A DNA stretch of 64,000 nt from Opitutales bacterium (GCA_965226885.1 CBDDEL010000013.1:64001-128000); one strand, 5' to 3'. Counted from the stretch's first letter, positions 35,483-45,978 are shown. Numbers and translations: made by a program. The notes: generated from the letters alone by a model not told the origin.

Positions 35483-35976
35483 CCCTTTACCCTGGAAATT
35501 ATGAATATCGATGATCAATTGAAAGCCGAGGATTTGACTGGTAATCTGGATGCCCTTTGGTCTCTTTCGGCGGAAAAAATCCGGCTTGTGGAAAAGGATT
35601 ACGACATTAATTCAGGTTCGCCCGTATTCACTGTCGAAGGGCGTTACTCGACACGGGGTTGGACTGAGTGGACGCAGGGGTTTCAAGTGGGATCCAGCAT
35701 CTTGCAATTCGATGCCACGGGCGATGAAGAATTTCTGCAACTGGGCAAAAAACAGACTGTGGAATGGATGGCGCCCCATGTCAGCCATACCGGCGTTCAC
35801 GATCACGGATTTAACAACGTGAGCACTTACGGCAACCTGCTTCGGTTGCTGAAGGAAGGAAAAATTCCGGCAGACGAATCTGAAAAGAACTTTTACGAGC
35901 TGGCCTTGAAGGTTTCCGGTGCAGTGCAAGCCTCCCGATGGACTACCATTGCGGGCGGTGGTTTCATTCATTCATT

Positions 35977-36778
35977 GGTAGTGTATAAAAAAAGAATGTT
36001 ATTTGGTATTTTTAGCTGTACAAATAGCGTTAGGCAGTTTATTCTTAGTGCATGGTTACTAAAATTATTAATTGTCGGCACTGTGGAAGTGAAAATATCA
36101 TTAAATTTGGCAAGACGCCCAACCATAAACAGCGCTACCGCTGCCATGATTGTGGTAAACAAAGCCGCGAAAACCCCACAGTGAAATACACCGAAGAGCA
36201 AAAAGAAATGATCCTTCGAGTCTATCAGGAACGCAGCAGTCTACGCGGTTTACAGCGCGCCTTCGGGGTGAGTCCCAACACCGTTTTGAGTTGGTTAAAA
36301 AAAACGACAATCGCTGCGACCGCTCAAAAGCACGATTCTTGCGGCCCGCCGCCATGATGTCATTGAACTGGACGAACTGTGGTCTTTTGTGGGGCGCAAG
36401 AGCGATGCCCAATGGGTTTGGATCGCTCTTTGCCGACGCACCCGTCAAATCCTCTCCTATGCCATTGGGCCTCGGGATTGGTATCGTTGCCGGGAACTTT
36501 ACGAGCGTCTGCCACGGGCCTACAAAAGATGTGCCACCTACAGCGACTTTTGGAGCACTTATGATGAAGTCTTTCCTCATAACCGATCCGTGGGAAAAGA
36601 AACCGGTGAAACGGCCCATGTGGAACGATGGAACAATACCCTGCGCCAACGACTGGGTCGTTTCACACGCAAAACCCTCTCCTTTTCCAAGCTTAAGAGT
36701 ATGCATGGAACCTGTCTGAGACTTTTCATTCATCAATATAATCAAGAATTAGCCACCATTCCTACTTAATACACTACC
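35977..36778 (+). mobile_element. IS1-family element, copy B (802 bp)
   Basis: Same ends as copy A, opposite orientation; 8-bp TSD CATTCATT (35969-35976, 36779-36786); at least two substitutions versus copy A. Confidence 0.95.
36052..36769 (+). CDS. IS1 transposase InsA+InsB (two frames joined at an A8 run)
   Basis: As copy A; A8 run at 36297-36304. Confidence 0.88.
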
Positions 36779-37733
36779 CATTCATTTAACGGACCCCACT
36801 CGCTTTTTGTGGATACCATTCGAACTTGCCGGGCGCTTTTGGTGAGTCATCGGCTCGGGCATGTCCTGATGGGTGAAAATGATACCAAAATTAATTTGCT
36901 CGCGCGCGCCTTGCAACCCTTGCAACATTCCCGGGCAACCGCCGAATATTCCGTTTATTATGGACAGGGGCGGGATAGCTACGATGTGTGGGGGCGCACG
37001 GCGCATGAGAGCGTTTTCAATGTAACCGACGGCAATTATCGCTGCCCGAATGCACAGCAAGGGTATAGCGGATTCACCACCTGGACGCGAGGTTTGGCTT
37101 GGGCCATGCTCGGTTTCGCCGAAGAACTGGAGTTCCTGGAAATTCTCAATGGGGAGGAATTGGAGGCCTTCGGAGGGAGATCTCAAATCGAGGCCTTCAT
37201 GCTGAAAGCCGCTCAGGCAACCTGTGATTTTTATATCGAGAATACCGCCACGGATGGAATTCCCTATTGGGATACGGGGGCGCCTAATCTGCATCGGTTG
37301 GGGGATTATCTCAATGTGCCTGCCGAACCGTTTAATTCCTGGGAACCGGTGGATAGCTCGGCGGCGGCGATGGGCGCCCAGGGTCTATTGAGACTGGGCC
37401 GTTATTTAACGAATAAGGGCGAAACGGATGATGGAACCCGTTATTGGCAGGCCGGCTTGACCGTTGCTAAAGCCTTATTTTCCGAACATTATTTGAGCAG
37501 CGACAGCGCGCACCAAGGTTTGATACTTCATTCGATTTATCACCAGCCCAATGGATGGGACCATGTACCCGAAGGTCAAAAAATAGCTTTTGGAGAATCG
37601 AGCATGTGGGACGATTATCATGCCCGCGAGCTGGCCCTCTACCTTATACGCGTTGTAAAAGGGGAACCGTATTACACTTTTTTCGGCGGTGTGGAATGAA
37701 TTGTTCTAACCTGACGATTGATACTAATATTTT

Positions 37734-38567
37734 ATGACTGCACAACCATTGACCGATCTTTCACGCTGCTGCGTCCATACCATCACGACAAAGCCTTGGA
37801 GTTTGCGGGAGGCCGCCCAAAACTTTGCCCGTGCGAGAATTCCTGGAATAACGGTTTGGAGTGATAATTTGAACGACATCACCCCGAAGGAGGCCAAATC
37901 CATGCTTGATGACTACGGCTTGAAAGTTGTTTCCTATTGCCGGGGCGGTTTTTTCCCTCACTTGAAGAGGGAAGGGCGGCAGACTGCCCTGGATGACAAC
38001 CGGCGCAGGTTAGATGAGGCAAGCGTTATCGGAGCGCCTCTCCTGGTATTGGTTTGCGGCGCGGCGCGCAGTCAATCTCTAACCATGTCTCGTGAGCAAA
38101 TTCGCGATGGCATGGAAACCCTCCTGCCCCATGCCGAAGCCTGTGGAGTAAGGCTGGCCATCGAGCCCTTGCACCCCATGTATGCGGATGACCGGTCGGC
38201 CATCAACACCCTGAGACAGGCCAACGACATGGCCGAAAGCTTTGCTTCGCCTTGGGTGGGGGTGGCCATCGATGTTTATCACCTGTGGTGGGATCCCGAT
38301 TTGCGAAGGGAGATTCAGCGGTGTGGAAAAAACGGCAACATAGCGAGTTTTCACGTTAGCGATTGGAAAACCCCGACCGAGGACCTTCTTTTCGACCGCG
38401 GTCTTATGGGTGAAGGATGCATTGACATCCGAGAAATACGAGGCTGGGTGGACAACGCGGGGTTTGACGGTTTTATCGAGGTGGAAATATTTTCAAAAAA
38501 ATACTGGAAAATGGACCAGCCGCAGTTTCTTGATGAAATTGTGAAAACTTATCTTAATCACGTATAA
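37734..38567 (+). CDS. Sugar phosphate isomerase/epimerase (xylose isomerase-like TIM barrel)
   Basis: 'LAIEPLHP', 'DVYH', 'FHVSD', 'RGLMGEG', 'EVEIFS'. Confidence 0.88.
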   Translation: MTAQPLTDLSRCCVHTITTKPWSLREAAQNFARARIPGITVWSDNLNDITPKEAKSMLDDYGLKVVSYCRGGFFPHLKREGRQTALDDNRRRLDEASVIGAPLLVLVCGAARSQSLTMSREQIRDGMETLLPHAEACGVRLAIEPLHPMYADDRSAINTLRQANDMAESFASPWVGVAIDVYHLWWDPDLRREIQRCGKNGNIASFHVSDWKTPTEDLLFDRGLMGEGCIDIREIRGWVDNAGFDGFIEVEIFSKKYWKMDQPQFLDEIVKTYLNHV

Positions 38568-38578
38568 TATTGCCGTAT

Positions 38579-39730
38579 ATGAAAGTGCATAAAATTGGAA
38601 TTATCATGAATGGCGTCACGGGACGCATGGGAACCAACCAGCATCTCATGCGTTCGATCGTCGAAATTATCAAGCAGGGCGGTGTGGCCGTAAGCGACAA
38701 CGAAACCATCATGCCGGATCCCATCCTGGCCGGTCGCAATCCGGACAAACTAAAAAAACCTTGCGCTCAATCCGGTGTCGAAAAATGGACCACTGATGTT
38801 AATGAAGCGTTGGCCGATCCGGATTATTCCATTTATTTCGATGCCCAGACAACGGGCCGTCGCGCCGATGCCGTTCGCCGGGCGGTGAAGGAGAGGAAGC
38901 ATGTTTATTGCGAAAAACCGATCGCCATAGATACGCAGACGGCAATGGAGCTTTACCGCCTCTGCCGCGAAGCCGGGGTGAAAAATGGGGTTGTGCAGGA
39001 CAAACTCTGGCTTCCCGGTTTGAGAAAATTAAAGCGCCTCATTGAAATTGGATTTTTCGGAAAAATTCTATCCGTTCGAGGTGAGTTCGGATACTGGGTT
39101 TTCGAGGGCCATACCATTGAGGCTCAGCGGCCTTCCTGGAATTACCGCAAAGAGGACGATGGCGGCATAATCATGGATATGCTCTGCCACTGGAGATACG
39201 TTCTCGATCAGGTTTTTGGGCCGGTTAAAGCGGTTTCCTGTCTGGGCGCCACCCATATTCCCGAACGCATTGATGGAAACGGAAAACCCTACCTTTGCAC
39301 GGCCGACGATGCGGCCTACGCCACATTCGAACTGGAAGACGGCATCATCGCGCATTTCAACTCGTCCTGGGTAACGCGGGTTCGCCGCGATGATTTACTA
39401 ACGCTCCATGTCGATGGAACGCATGGCTCCGCCGTGGCAGGCTTGAGGCAGTGCCGGATTCAGCATTACGGCAACACGCCCAAACCGGTTTGGAATCCGG
39501 ACATCGATCAACCGATAAATTTCTTGGACGGTTGGTCGCTGCTGCCCGATCAGGAAGAATACGACAATGCTTTTAAGGCCCAATGGGAGCTATTCCTGCG
39601 GCATGTCGTTTTGGATGAACCTTTTCAGTGGGATCTTTTGGAAGGTGTTAAAGGTGTGCAATTGGCGGAAAAAGGATTGGAGAGTTGGGAAAAACGCCAA
39701 TGGGTGAACATCCCCGAATTGGAAGTTTAG
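38579..39730 (+). CDS. Gfo/Idh/MocA-family oxidoreductase
   Basis: 'NGVTGRMG', 'HVYCEKP', 'GGIIMDMLCH'. Confidence 0.88.
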   Translation: MKVHKIGIIMNGVTGRMGTNQHLMRSIVEIIKQGGVAVSDNETIMPDPILAGRNPDKLKKPCAQSGVEKWTTDVNEALADPDYSIYFDAQTTGRRADAVRRAVKERKHVYCEKPIAIDTQTAMELYRLCREAGVKNGVVQDKLWLPGLRKLKRLIEIGFFGKILSVRGEFGYWVFEGHTIEAQRPSWNYRKEDDGGIIMDMLCHWRYVLDQVFGPVKAVSCLGATHIPERIDGNGKPYLCTADDAAYATFELEDGIIAHFNSSWVTRVRRDDLLTLHVDGTHGSAVAGLRQCRIQHYGNTPKPVWNPDIDQPINFLDGWSLLPDQEEYDNAFKAQWELFLRHVVLDEPFQWDLLEGVKGVQLAEKGLESWEKRQWVNIPELEV

Positions 39731-39745
39731 CTTATTTGTAAATTC

Positions 39746-40534
39746 ATGGATACCTCATCGAATAATAATCGAGTAGCGTTAATAACGGGAGGTAGCCGAG
39801 GTATCGGACTCGGCTGCGCCATTTGCCTGGCGAAAGAAGGTTTCGGTATTGCAATTAACGGAGTGCGGGAGGAATCGGCGGTTGCAGATTCGCTGTCTGC
39901 ATTAAGATCTCTGGGAGCCGATGCGATCTATTGCCGCGGCGATATTGGCTCAACCGGTGATCGTGAATCTATTGTGGATAAAGTGAAAGCCCATTTTGGG
40001 CGACTGAATGTTCTCGTGAACAATGCGGGCGTTGCCCCCAAAGAGCGCAAAGACATTCTGGAGACGAGTGAAGCGGGTTTTGAATTTGTTTTAAAAACGA
40101 ATCTCCAGGGGACGTTCTTTCTCACCCAAGCAATCGCCAATTGGATGATTGCCCAGAAACTGGAAGACCCTGCGTTTGAAGGCTGCATCATCACAAACTC
40201 TTCCATCTCCGCCACCGTGGCATCGGTCAATCGGGGGGAATATTGCATCGCCAAGGCGGGTCTGAGTATGACAAGCCAACTGTTTGCGGTTCGATTGGGG
40301 GAATATGGAATTCCCGTTTTCGAAATACGCCCTGGAATAACGAAAACCGACATGACCAGCGGAGTTGCCGGAAAATACGATAAGCTGCTGGAAGAGGGAT
40401 TGTGCGTGCAGGCCCGCTGGGGTTATCCGGAAGACGTCGGGAAAGCGGTTGCGGCGCTGGCCCGGGGAGATTTTCCCTACTCCACCGGTCAGGTCATCAT
40501 GATTGATGGCGGCCTCACCATTCCGCGTCTTTAA
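39746..40534 (+). CDS. Short-chain dehydrogenase/reductase
   Basis: 'TGGSRGIG', 'NNAG', 'YCIAK'. Confidence 0.92.
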   Translation: MDTSSNNNRVALITGGSRGIGLGCAICLAKEGFGIAINGVREESAVADSLSALRSLGADAIYCRGDIGSTGDRESIVDKVKAHFGRLNVLVNNAGVAPKERKDILETSEAGFEFVLKTNLQGTFFLTQAIANWMIAQKLEDPAFEGCIITNSSISATVASVNRGEYCIAKAGLSMTSQLFAVRLGEYGIPVFEIRPGITKTDMTSGVAGKYDKLLEEGLCVQARWGYPEDVGKAVAALARGDFPYSTGQVIMIDGGLTIPRL

Positions 40535-40565
40535 TGGTGATGGCAATGGAGTGGCTAGTAGCCGA

Positions 40566-41870
40566 CTAAAACAGCTCTTTCACTACCTGGGCCATGGCTT
40601 CGCCGATCTTTTCCAGGTCTTCCTGGCTGTGGCGGGCCGATATCGAGGTGCGGATGAGGTCTTTGCCCGGGGCTACTCCGGGGGTGACCGCCATCACCGT
40701 GAAGACTCCTTTTTCCATCAGCGATTTCCAGAAGCGAAAGGTGAGCGCTTTGCTGCCCAGCACGATGGGCACCGCGGGCGATTCGCTGCCCCAGGTGTCC
40801 AGCCCTAGCCCGTTCAGTATTTTGATGTATTGGCGGGTGTTTTCCCACAGCCGCTGGAGGTGCTCCGGCTCCGTTTGGAGGATTTCCAGGGAGGCTTGCG
40901 CGCAGGCCGCCTGGCAGGGGCTGATGGCCGCGCTGAATACGGTCTGTTTGGAATTGGTGCGCAAATAATCGATCACTTCCTTTGAGCCGGCCACGAAGCC
41001 TCCCGTGCTGGAGAGCGCTTTGGACATGCTCCCGGCGATCACATCAATCGAACCGGTCACCCCCAGGTGGTCGGCCGTGCCCCGCCCTTCGCGTCCCAAA
41101 ACGCCCAGCCCGTGGGCGTCGTCCATTACGATGAAGCAGTTTTTCCCTTTCGTGATTTTGAGAAATGCGGGTATCTGCGCGATGTGCCCTTCCATCGAGT
41201 AAACTCCCTCGATGACGAGCAGCTTGGGCCCTTGCGGCGGCTCCAGCGATAAAATGTCCTGCAAATCGGCTGGGTTGTTGTGGCTGAAGCGTTCCACCCG
41301 GGCTCCCGACACGCAGATGCCCGACCACAGCGAGGAGTGGGCGTTGCGGTCCACCAGGATGAGATCCCCCTTGCAGGCGAAGGTGGCCACCCCGGACATG
41401 CACGAGAGGTAGCCGGCGGCGCTCACATGACAAGCCTCCTTGCCCAGAAAATCGGCCAGCATCTCCTCCAGGGCCAGGTGGTAGCGGCGGCTGCCGTTGG
41501 CCAGGCGGGCCCCGGTGGTGCTGCTACCCCAGGTTTCGAGGGCGCGTTTACCCGCCTCGATGACCTTGGGATGATGGCTCAAACCCAGGTAATCGTTGCT
41601 ACTGAGCATGATCAGTTCCTGCCCGTTGACGTGGACGTGGGAACCGTTTTGCCCCTCAATAGTGTGGTAGTAAGGATTGTATTTGAGACGCAAGCGGGTG
41701 GCCTCATCCTCCCGGCAACGCCGGCGGATGGAGTTGCCGGTCCTCCTTACCGTAAAAGTCGATAGTTTCTCCAGCCTTGATTGGCTGGAGCGATATACCG
41801 GTTCAGCAAATTTCCTCGACTGTTGGGCAATTTTTAAATGCCCATGACTTTTTTTGTTTGATGGATTCAT
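40566..41870 (-). CDS. Alpha-oxoamine synthase family PLP enzyme (serine palmitoyltransferase/BioF-like)
   Basis: 'SSNDYLG', 'GARLANG', 'EGVYSMEG', 'DDAHG', 'GSMSKA'. Start codon uncertain. Confidence 0.82.
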   Translation of the reverse strand: MNPSNKKSHGHLKIAQQSRKFAEPVYRSSQSRLEKLSTFTVRRTGNSIRRRCREDEATRLRLKYNPYYHTIEGQNGSHVHVNGQELIMLSSNDYLGLSHHPKVIEAGKRALETWGSSTTGARLANGSRRYHLALEEMLADFLGKEACHVSAAGYLSCMSGVATFACKGDLILVDRNAHSSLWSGICVSGARVERFSHNNPADLQDILSLEPPQGPKLLVIEGVYSMEGHIAQIPAFLKITKGKNCFIVMDDAHGLGVLGREGRGTADHLGVTGSIDVIAGSMSKALSSTGGFVAGSKEVIDYLRTNSKQTVFSAAISPCQAACAQASLEILQTEPEHLQRLWENTRQYIKILNGLGLDTWGSESPAVPIVLGSKALTFRFWKSLMEKGVFTVMAVTPGVAPGKDLIRTSISARHSQEDLEKIGEAMAQVVKELF

Positions 41871-42195
41871 TTTCGAGTAAAGTATAACTGTAGCGTCTAT
41901 CCGATTGCCAGAGATCGGAATTGGAACCAAGCATGGAATTTACTTGGCCGGTGACAAGATTTAACTGACTTAAAACTTTTGCCGTTGGAATTGCAGGTAT
42001 TTACTGAAGATTTTGCTCAACTGGATAATTAGAATTGCTTTCAGCCTGATGGCTTCGACTTTCCCCATTTCCCTCATTGTTACCGCTTTAGACAGCGCCT
42101 GGAAGATTTGGAACTTGCAAAAAACCCCGAAATTTAAAAAATACAATGAGGTTTGACGCTATTACCCTATAATTACGGTCAATAATAGAAGAAAT

Positions 42196-43299
42196 ATGAA
42201 AAAAGCAATCCTATTCCTGGCTTTGGCCTGCTTCTTTGGCCAGGGCAGGGCGGAGGATATGAGTTTCCCCATCCAGTCCAGGGAGATAATCTCCCCGGTA
42301 TACGCCATTGATCGTATTTACAAATCGATGCAGGGCCCGCAGAGCACACGCGAGGTTACTCTGGGCCATAAAATCGAGACTCCGGAGTTACTGTGGATTA
42401 CGGGCTACCGGGCCCATATGGTCGGACCCGATGGACGCACCCCCCAATCGCAGGAATTTATGTGTCACAGCAATCTCGATATCGACATGAGCCAACATCG
42501 AAAGTTGTTTCATTGGAAGAAAAATTCCAGCAATAGGCTCTTCACACTCTCCCAAGGTCAATTCGAAATAGAATTTCCCAGGGGGTTTGGCATTCCCATT
42601 ATGTCTAACGAAGTTTTTTCCCTGACCACCCAGGTGCTTAACCTCAATGTCGAAAAGGCAAACTTGAATGTGCGGCACAAGGTGACAATTGATTACGCGA
42701 AGGACAAGGATTTGCAGGAGCCGATGAAACCTTTGTTCATGAAAGCCGCCAATGGGCTGGTGCTGGTTGAGGGTGAGGACGGATACTACAACGAAGCGCA
42801 GCCCAAGGTTGAATTGCATGGGCCCGGCTGCCTGGTCGGCGAGGGTGTGACCGGCCGTTACCGCCTGGATAAATTCGGCCGCAAATTTAGCGGACACTGG
42901 ATCGTCAAGCCGGGCCGTGAAATCAATAGAACCCTAGTAACGAACTGGATGAATCTGCCTTTTGATACACGGGTTCATTATATAGCCATCCACCTCCATC
43001 CGTTTGCGGAATCCCTGGGAATCCCTGGAATTGAAGGATTTAACTGCCGGCCAAACGATTTTTAAGAGCCAAGTGCGATCCAGCAGCGACAAAAGTGGCA
43101 TTGATGAGGTGGAATACTATTCCAGCGCCGAAGGCATTCCCGTCTGAAGGCATTCCCGTCTATAAGGAAGGACCATGAATACGAATTGACCAGCCATTAT
43201 CACAATACGACGGATAAAAATCAGGATTCCATGGCGGTAATGTTTCTCTACTTGCTGGATAAAGAATACCAGGACATCCAATTATCCAGCGGCATTTAA
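42196..43299 (+). pseudogene. Secreted protein resembling copper type II (PHM/DBH-like) monooxygenases; three duplications
   Basis: Signal peptide; 'HLHP'. Removing 10-bp (43008-43027), 16-bp (43130-43161) and 4-bp (43164-43171) duplications restores AESLELKDLT...GIPVYKDHEYELTSHYHNTTDKNQDSMAVMFLYL to TAA 43297-43299. Product call is tentative. Confidence 0.72.
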
Positions 43300-43306
43300 A
43301 ACAAGT

Positions 43307-43666
43307 ATGGAGAAAGTAAACTTAAGGGAAAAATTTGGTCTCTTCGAAAAACTGTGGACTCCCAAGATCGTGGGTGAATTGAACGGTCAGTATGTCAAAT
43401 TGGCCAAAGTTCAGGGAGAAATGGTTTGGCATAGTCATGAAAATGAGGACGAGTTGTTTCTGGTTGTCCAAGGCGCCCTCACGCTCCACTTGCGCGATCA
43501 AAAAATCTGTCTGAACGAGGGGGAGTTTTTCATCGTGCCGCGTGGAGTCGAACACAAACCCGAGGCCGATGAGGAAACCCAAATTGTCCTCTTCGAGCCA
43601 AAATCAACTGCTCACACAGGCAATGTGAAATCGGAACTGACGGTGGAACGCCAGGTGTGGATTTGA
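43307..43666 (+). CDS. Cupin domain protein
   Basis: 'WHSHENEDELF', 'VPRGVEHKP'. Confidence 0.88.
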   Translation: MEKVNLREKFGLFEKLWTPKIVGELNGQYVKLAKVQGEMVWHSHENEDELFLVVQGALTLHLRDQKICLNEGEFFIVPRGVEHKPEADEETQIVLFEPKSTAHTGNVKSELTVERQVWI

Positions 43667-43688
43667 GATAGGTTCTAGAAAGGCCTAG

Positions 43689-44201
43689 ATGAAACTGATT
43701 GAACCAATTCCATATCAATCCATGCCTGTGGCGATTATAGCCGTTTGCCTGCTTTTTCTGAACACGAGCTGCCGTCAAACGGATGAATTGAATTTGGCCG
43801 CAGAAAAAGCGGTTCTAATGCAGACGGATCGCGATTTTTCCAGAAAATCGGTTGAGGAAGGAGCGGCCGAAGCATTCCGAGCCTACCTGGCAGAGGATGC
43901 CATGACAATGCCGGCAGGCTCAAGCCCCGTTTTTGGCCGTGAATCCATCTACGAGGGAATGAAACCGGACCAAGACAAATATGTCCTGTCCTGGGAACCC
44001 CAGGATGGCAAAGCGGCCCAATCCGGCGATTTTGGCTACACCTGGGGAAAATATACCATTACTACCAAAGGGAAAGACGGCGAGCCGGTGAAAAGCCATG
44101 GTAAATACCTCAATGTTTGGATAAAGCAGGCCGATGGCTCCTGGAAGGTTTTGGTGGATATGGGCAATAAAAGCCCTTCGCCGGAAAGCGGGGAGAAATA
44201 A
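43689..44201 (+). CDS. NTF2-like / DUF4440 putative lipoprotein
   Basis: Signal with Cys (NTSC); 'SGDFGYTWG.Y', 'GKYLNVW.KQADGSWKV..D'. Confidence 0.8.
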   Translation: MKLIEPIPYQSMPVAIIAVCLLFLNTSCRQTDELNLAAEKAVLMQTDRDFSRKSVEEGAAEAFRAYLAEDAMTMPAGSSPVFGRESIYEGMKPDQDKYVLSWEPQDGKAAQSGDFGYTWGKYTITTKGKDGEPVKSHGKYLNVWIKQADGSWKVLVDMGNKSPSPESGEK

Positions 44202-44220
44202 GGATTGTACCTTTTTAAGC

Positions 44221-44709
44221 TCAGGACCGCCGGGAGGGTCTCTGCACCAATTCGATGATGACGCCGCCGATTTTATCCGTATCCAGATAGGCAAACCCGC
44301 TGTTGGGGGTGCGGCCTTCCATGAGCACGGTCAAACCCATTGAGCGGTAGCGTTTGAGACGCTCGTCCAAATCGTCAACATCAAAACACAGGTGGTGAAG
44401 ACCCTCGGCGCTGCGCTCCAGAAATTCCTGGTATAGGGACGGCCCCCGGACCGGCTGGATGAGTTCCAGCTCCAATGAACCGAGGGCGGCAAACCCCAAC
44501 AGGAAATCGGTCTCGACGCGTTCTCCACGCAATTCGATATAGTCAAAAACCAGGTTGAAATCCACCCCTGAGCGCGTGAACGGGCCCATTCCGAGGGTGT
44601 TCTCATAATACTCGATGGTGCGCTCCAGGTCTTTCACTATAATGCCGATCTGGCTCATTTCGGGAAGGTCGAGAGTCCGTTTCATTTCCGGTGAGGGTTC
44701 TGAAATCAT
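44221..44709 (-). CDS. VOC-family protein (methylmalonyl-CoA epimerase-like)
   Basis: 'QIGIIVKDL', 'LELIQP', 'GLHHL', 'IELV'. Confidence 0.85.
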   Translation of the reverse strand: MISEPSPEMKRTLDLPEMSQIGIIVKDLERTIEYYENTLGMGPFTRSGVDFNLVFDYIELRGERVETDFLLGFAALGSLELELIQPVRGPSLYQEFLERSAEGLHHLCFDVDDLDERLKRYRSMGLTVLMEGRTPNSGFAYLDTDKIGGVIIELVQRPSRRS

Positions 44710-44741
44710 GCTGAATGAATTTTTAATTTATTGATATTCAG

Positions 44742-45026
44742 TCACTTAATAGTGAAACCGGCAAACCGTGGAGAACGCCTTTGCGTTTTTGCCTCCACCT
44801 TGCGGATAAATGGTTGTAAACGGCTTTCAACTTCATCCTTGAAACCCGTCACCTCGGTTTCGACGCCTTCGGCCTCGAGCAGGACGCGTCCATCGGACAA
44901 ATTGACAACATAGCCGGAAACCTCGAATTCCCGGGCCACTTGCCAGGCGCAATACCGAAAACCCACCCCTTGCACACGCCCGGAAAAGCAAACTTCGGTA
45001 TGAAACACTAAATCATTCATAAACAA
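44742..45026 (-). CDS. acyP: Acylphosphatase
   Basis: 'GRVQGVGFR' and 'GYVVNL.DGRV'. Confidence 0.9.
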   Translation of the reverse strand: MFMNDLVFHTEVCFSGRVQGVGFRYCAWQVAREFEVSGYVVNLSDGRVLLEAEGVETEVTGFKDEVESRLQPFIRKVEAKTQRRSPRFAGFTIK

Positions 45027-45205
45027 TTATGCCACAGATTGCAAAAAGTCCCCCCGCAAGCGAGCCAATTTTCGCTCTCTTCAACGAGTTAAGTGAACCC
45101 GTCTAAATTTCGGTTCCGAAACGAAGATAGGGATTGCTTTTTGCCAGCCCGGCAACAGATTAATGGCCAGAGGGAAAAAATCGTTCTTTAAATTCCATAG
45201 GCATA

Positions 45206-45922
45206 ATGAGCAATTTTGATTACGAAGGGAGTCCGGAGGGAGATTGGGAGGAACGTGGCGAACTGGTCTGGAACGAGTTCGACTGGCAGCAGTACCTCAA
45301 GCGCGCCAAGGAAGAGATCGGCCGTTTTATAGCCTTTTATACCCAATTGACAGACCGCCCGGACCGGCTTGATCTCATTGCCCACAAAATGGGCTGGGAT
45401 CACGACGACTGGTCGATCAAGGACTCGGAATGGGATGAATTGGATCGAGGCAGGCTTCATGCCAATGTAGAGGATGCGCCCGCGGATGCGGAGGGAGATG
45501 ATACCGACACCGATCCCTACACCCTCCACCGCCACCCTGTATTCATCGTCACTCGGGGTCTTTATTATTACCTGAAACGGAGTTGGGAATTGGCCATGAT
45601 CCGCAACCCTTCCGTTTTTTCATCCGATATTTCCTGGAGATACGGCAACAGCCTGCATGAGGGGGAAATGAACTCCGTATTGGCCCTGCAAGCCCTCGAC
45701 ATGGGGGATTTCGCCCTCGCCGTTTGCCACCTCAAATCCGCCCTCGGAGCCATCAACCAATCGTTCCGCATCCTACAAAAACTGCCCGGCGGCAGTTCGG
45801 TCAAGCTCCGCACCATGTGCCGCCAATCCCGCATCCGGCTTTTCGACCAAAGGGAAGTCTGCCTCCGCATCATGAGAGACTGCCGGGACGAAATCCGCCG
45901 CCGCTACCGGGAAGAGGAGTAA
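45206..45922 (+). CDS. Conserved hypothetical protein
   Basis: 238-aa ORF with acidic N-terminus 'WNEFDWQQYL', reminiscent of Opitutae hypothetical proteins (recollection, not a search result). Confidence 0.7.
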   Translation: MSNFDYEGSPEGDWEERGELVWNEFDWQQYLKRAKEEIGRFIAFYTQLTDRPDRLDLIAHKMGWDHDDWSIKDSEWDELDRGRLHANVEDAPADAEGDDTDTDPYTLHRHPVFIVTRGLYYYLKRSWELAMIRNPSVFSSDISWRYGNSLHEGEMNSVLALQALDMGDFALAVCHLKSALGAINQSFRILQKLPGGSSVKLRTMCRQSRIRLFDQREVCLRIMRDCRDEIRRRYREEE

Positions 45923-45978
45923 GCTAATAGTTTAGCCGAAACTATCGATTGTTAGCGACTGAGAGTTGCTTTTCTAGG

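Larger units (their letters stand above)
35501..37699 (+). pseudogene. GH88-like (unsaturated glucuronyl hydrolase-like) protein interrupted by IS1
   Basis: 'WTQGF', 'HDHGF', 'WTRGLAW', 'PYWD', 'DSSAAA'. IS removal gives GFIHSFNGPHSLFVD. Also an in-frame 9-bp duplication (36909-36926), and WDDY where WGDY is usual. Confidence 0.82.

Noticed and set aside
28148..36778. Composite transposon that arrived as one unit
   Set aside because: Each IS1 copy has its own TSD and both host genes rejoin in frame, so the insertions are independent.
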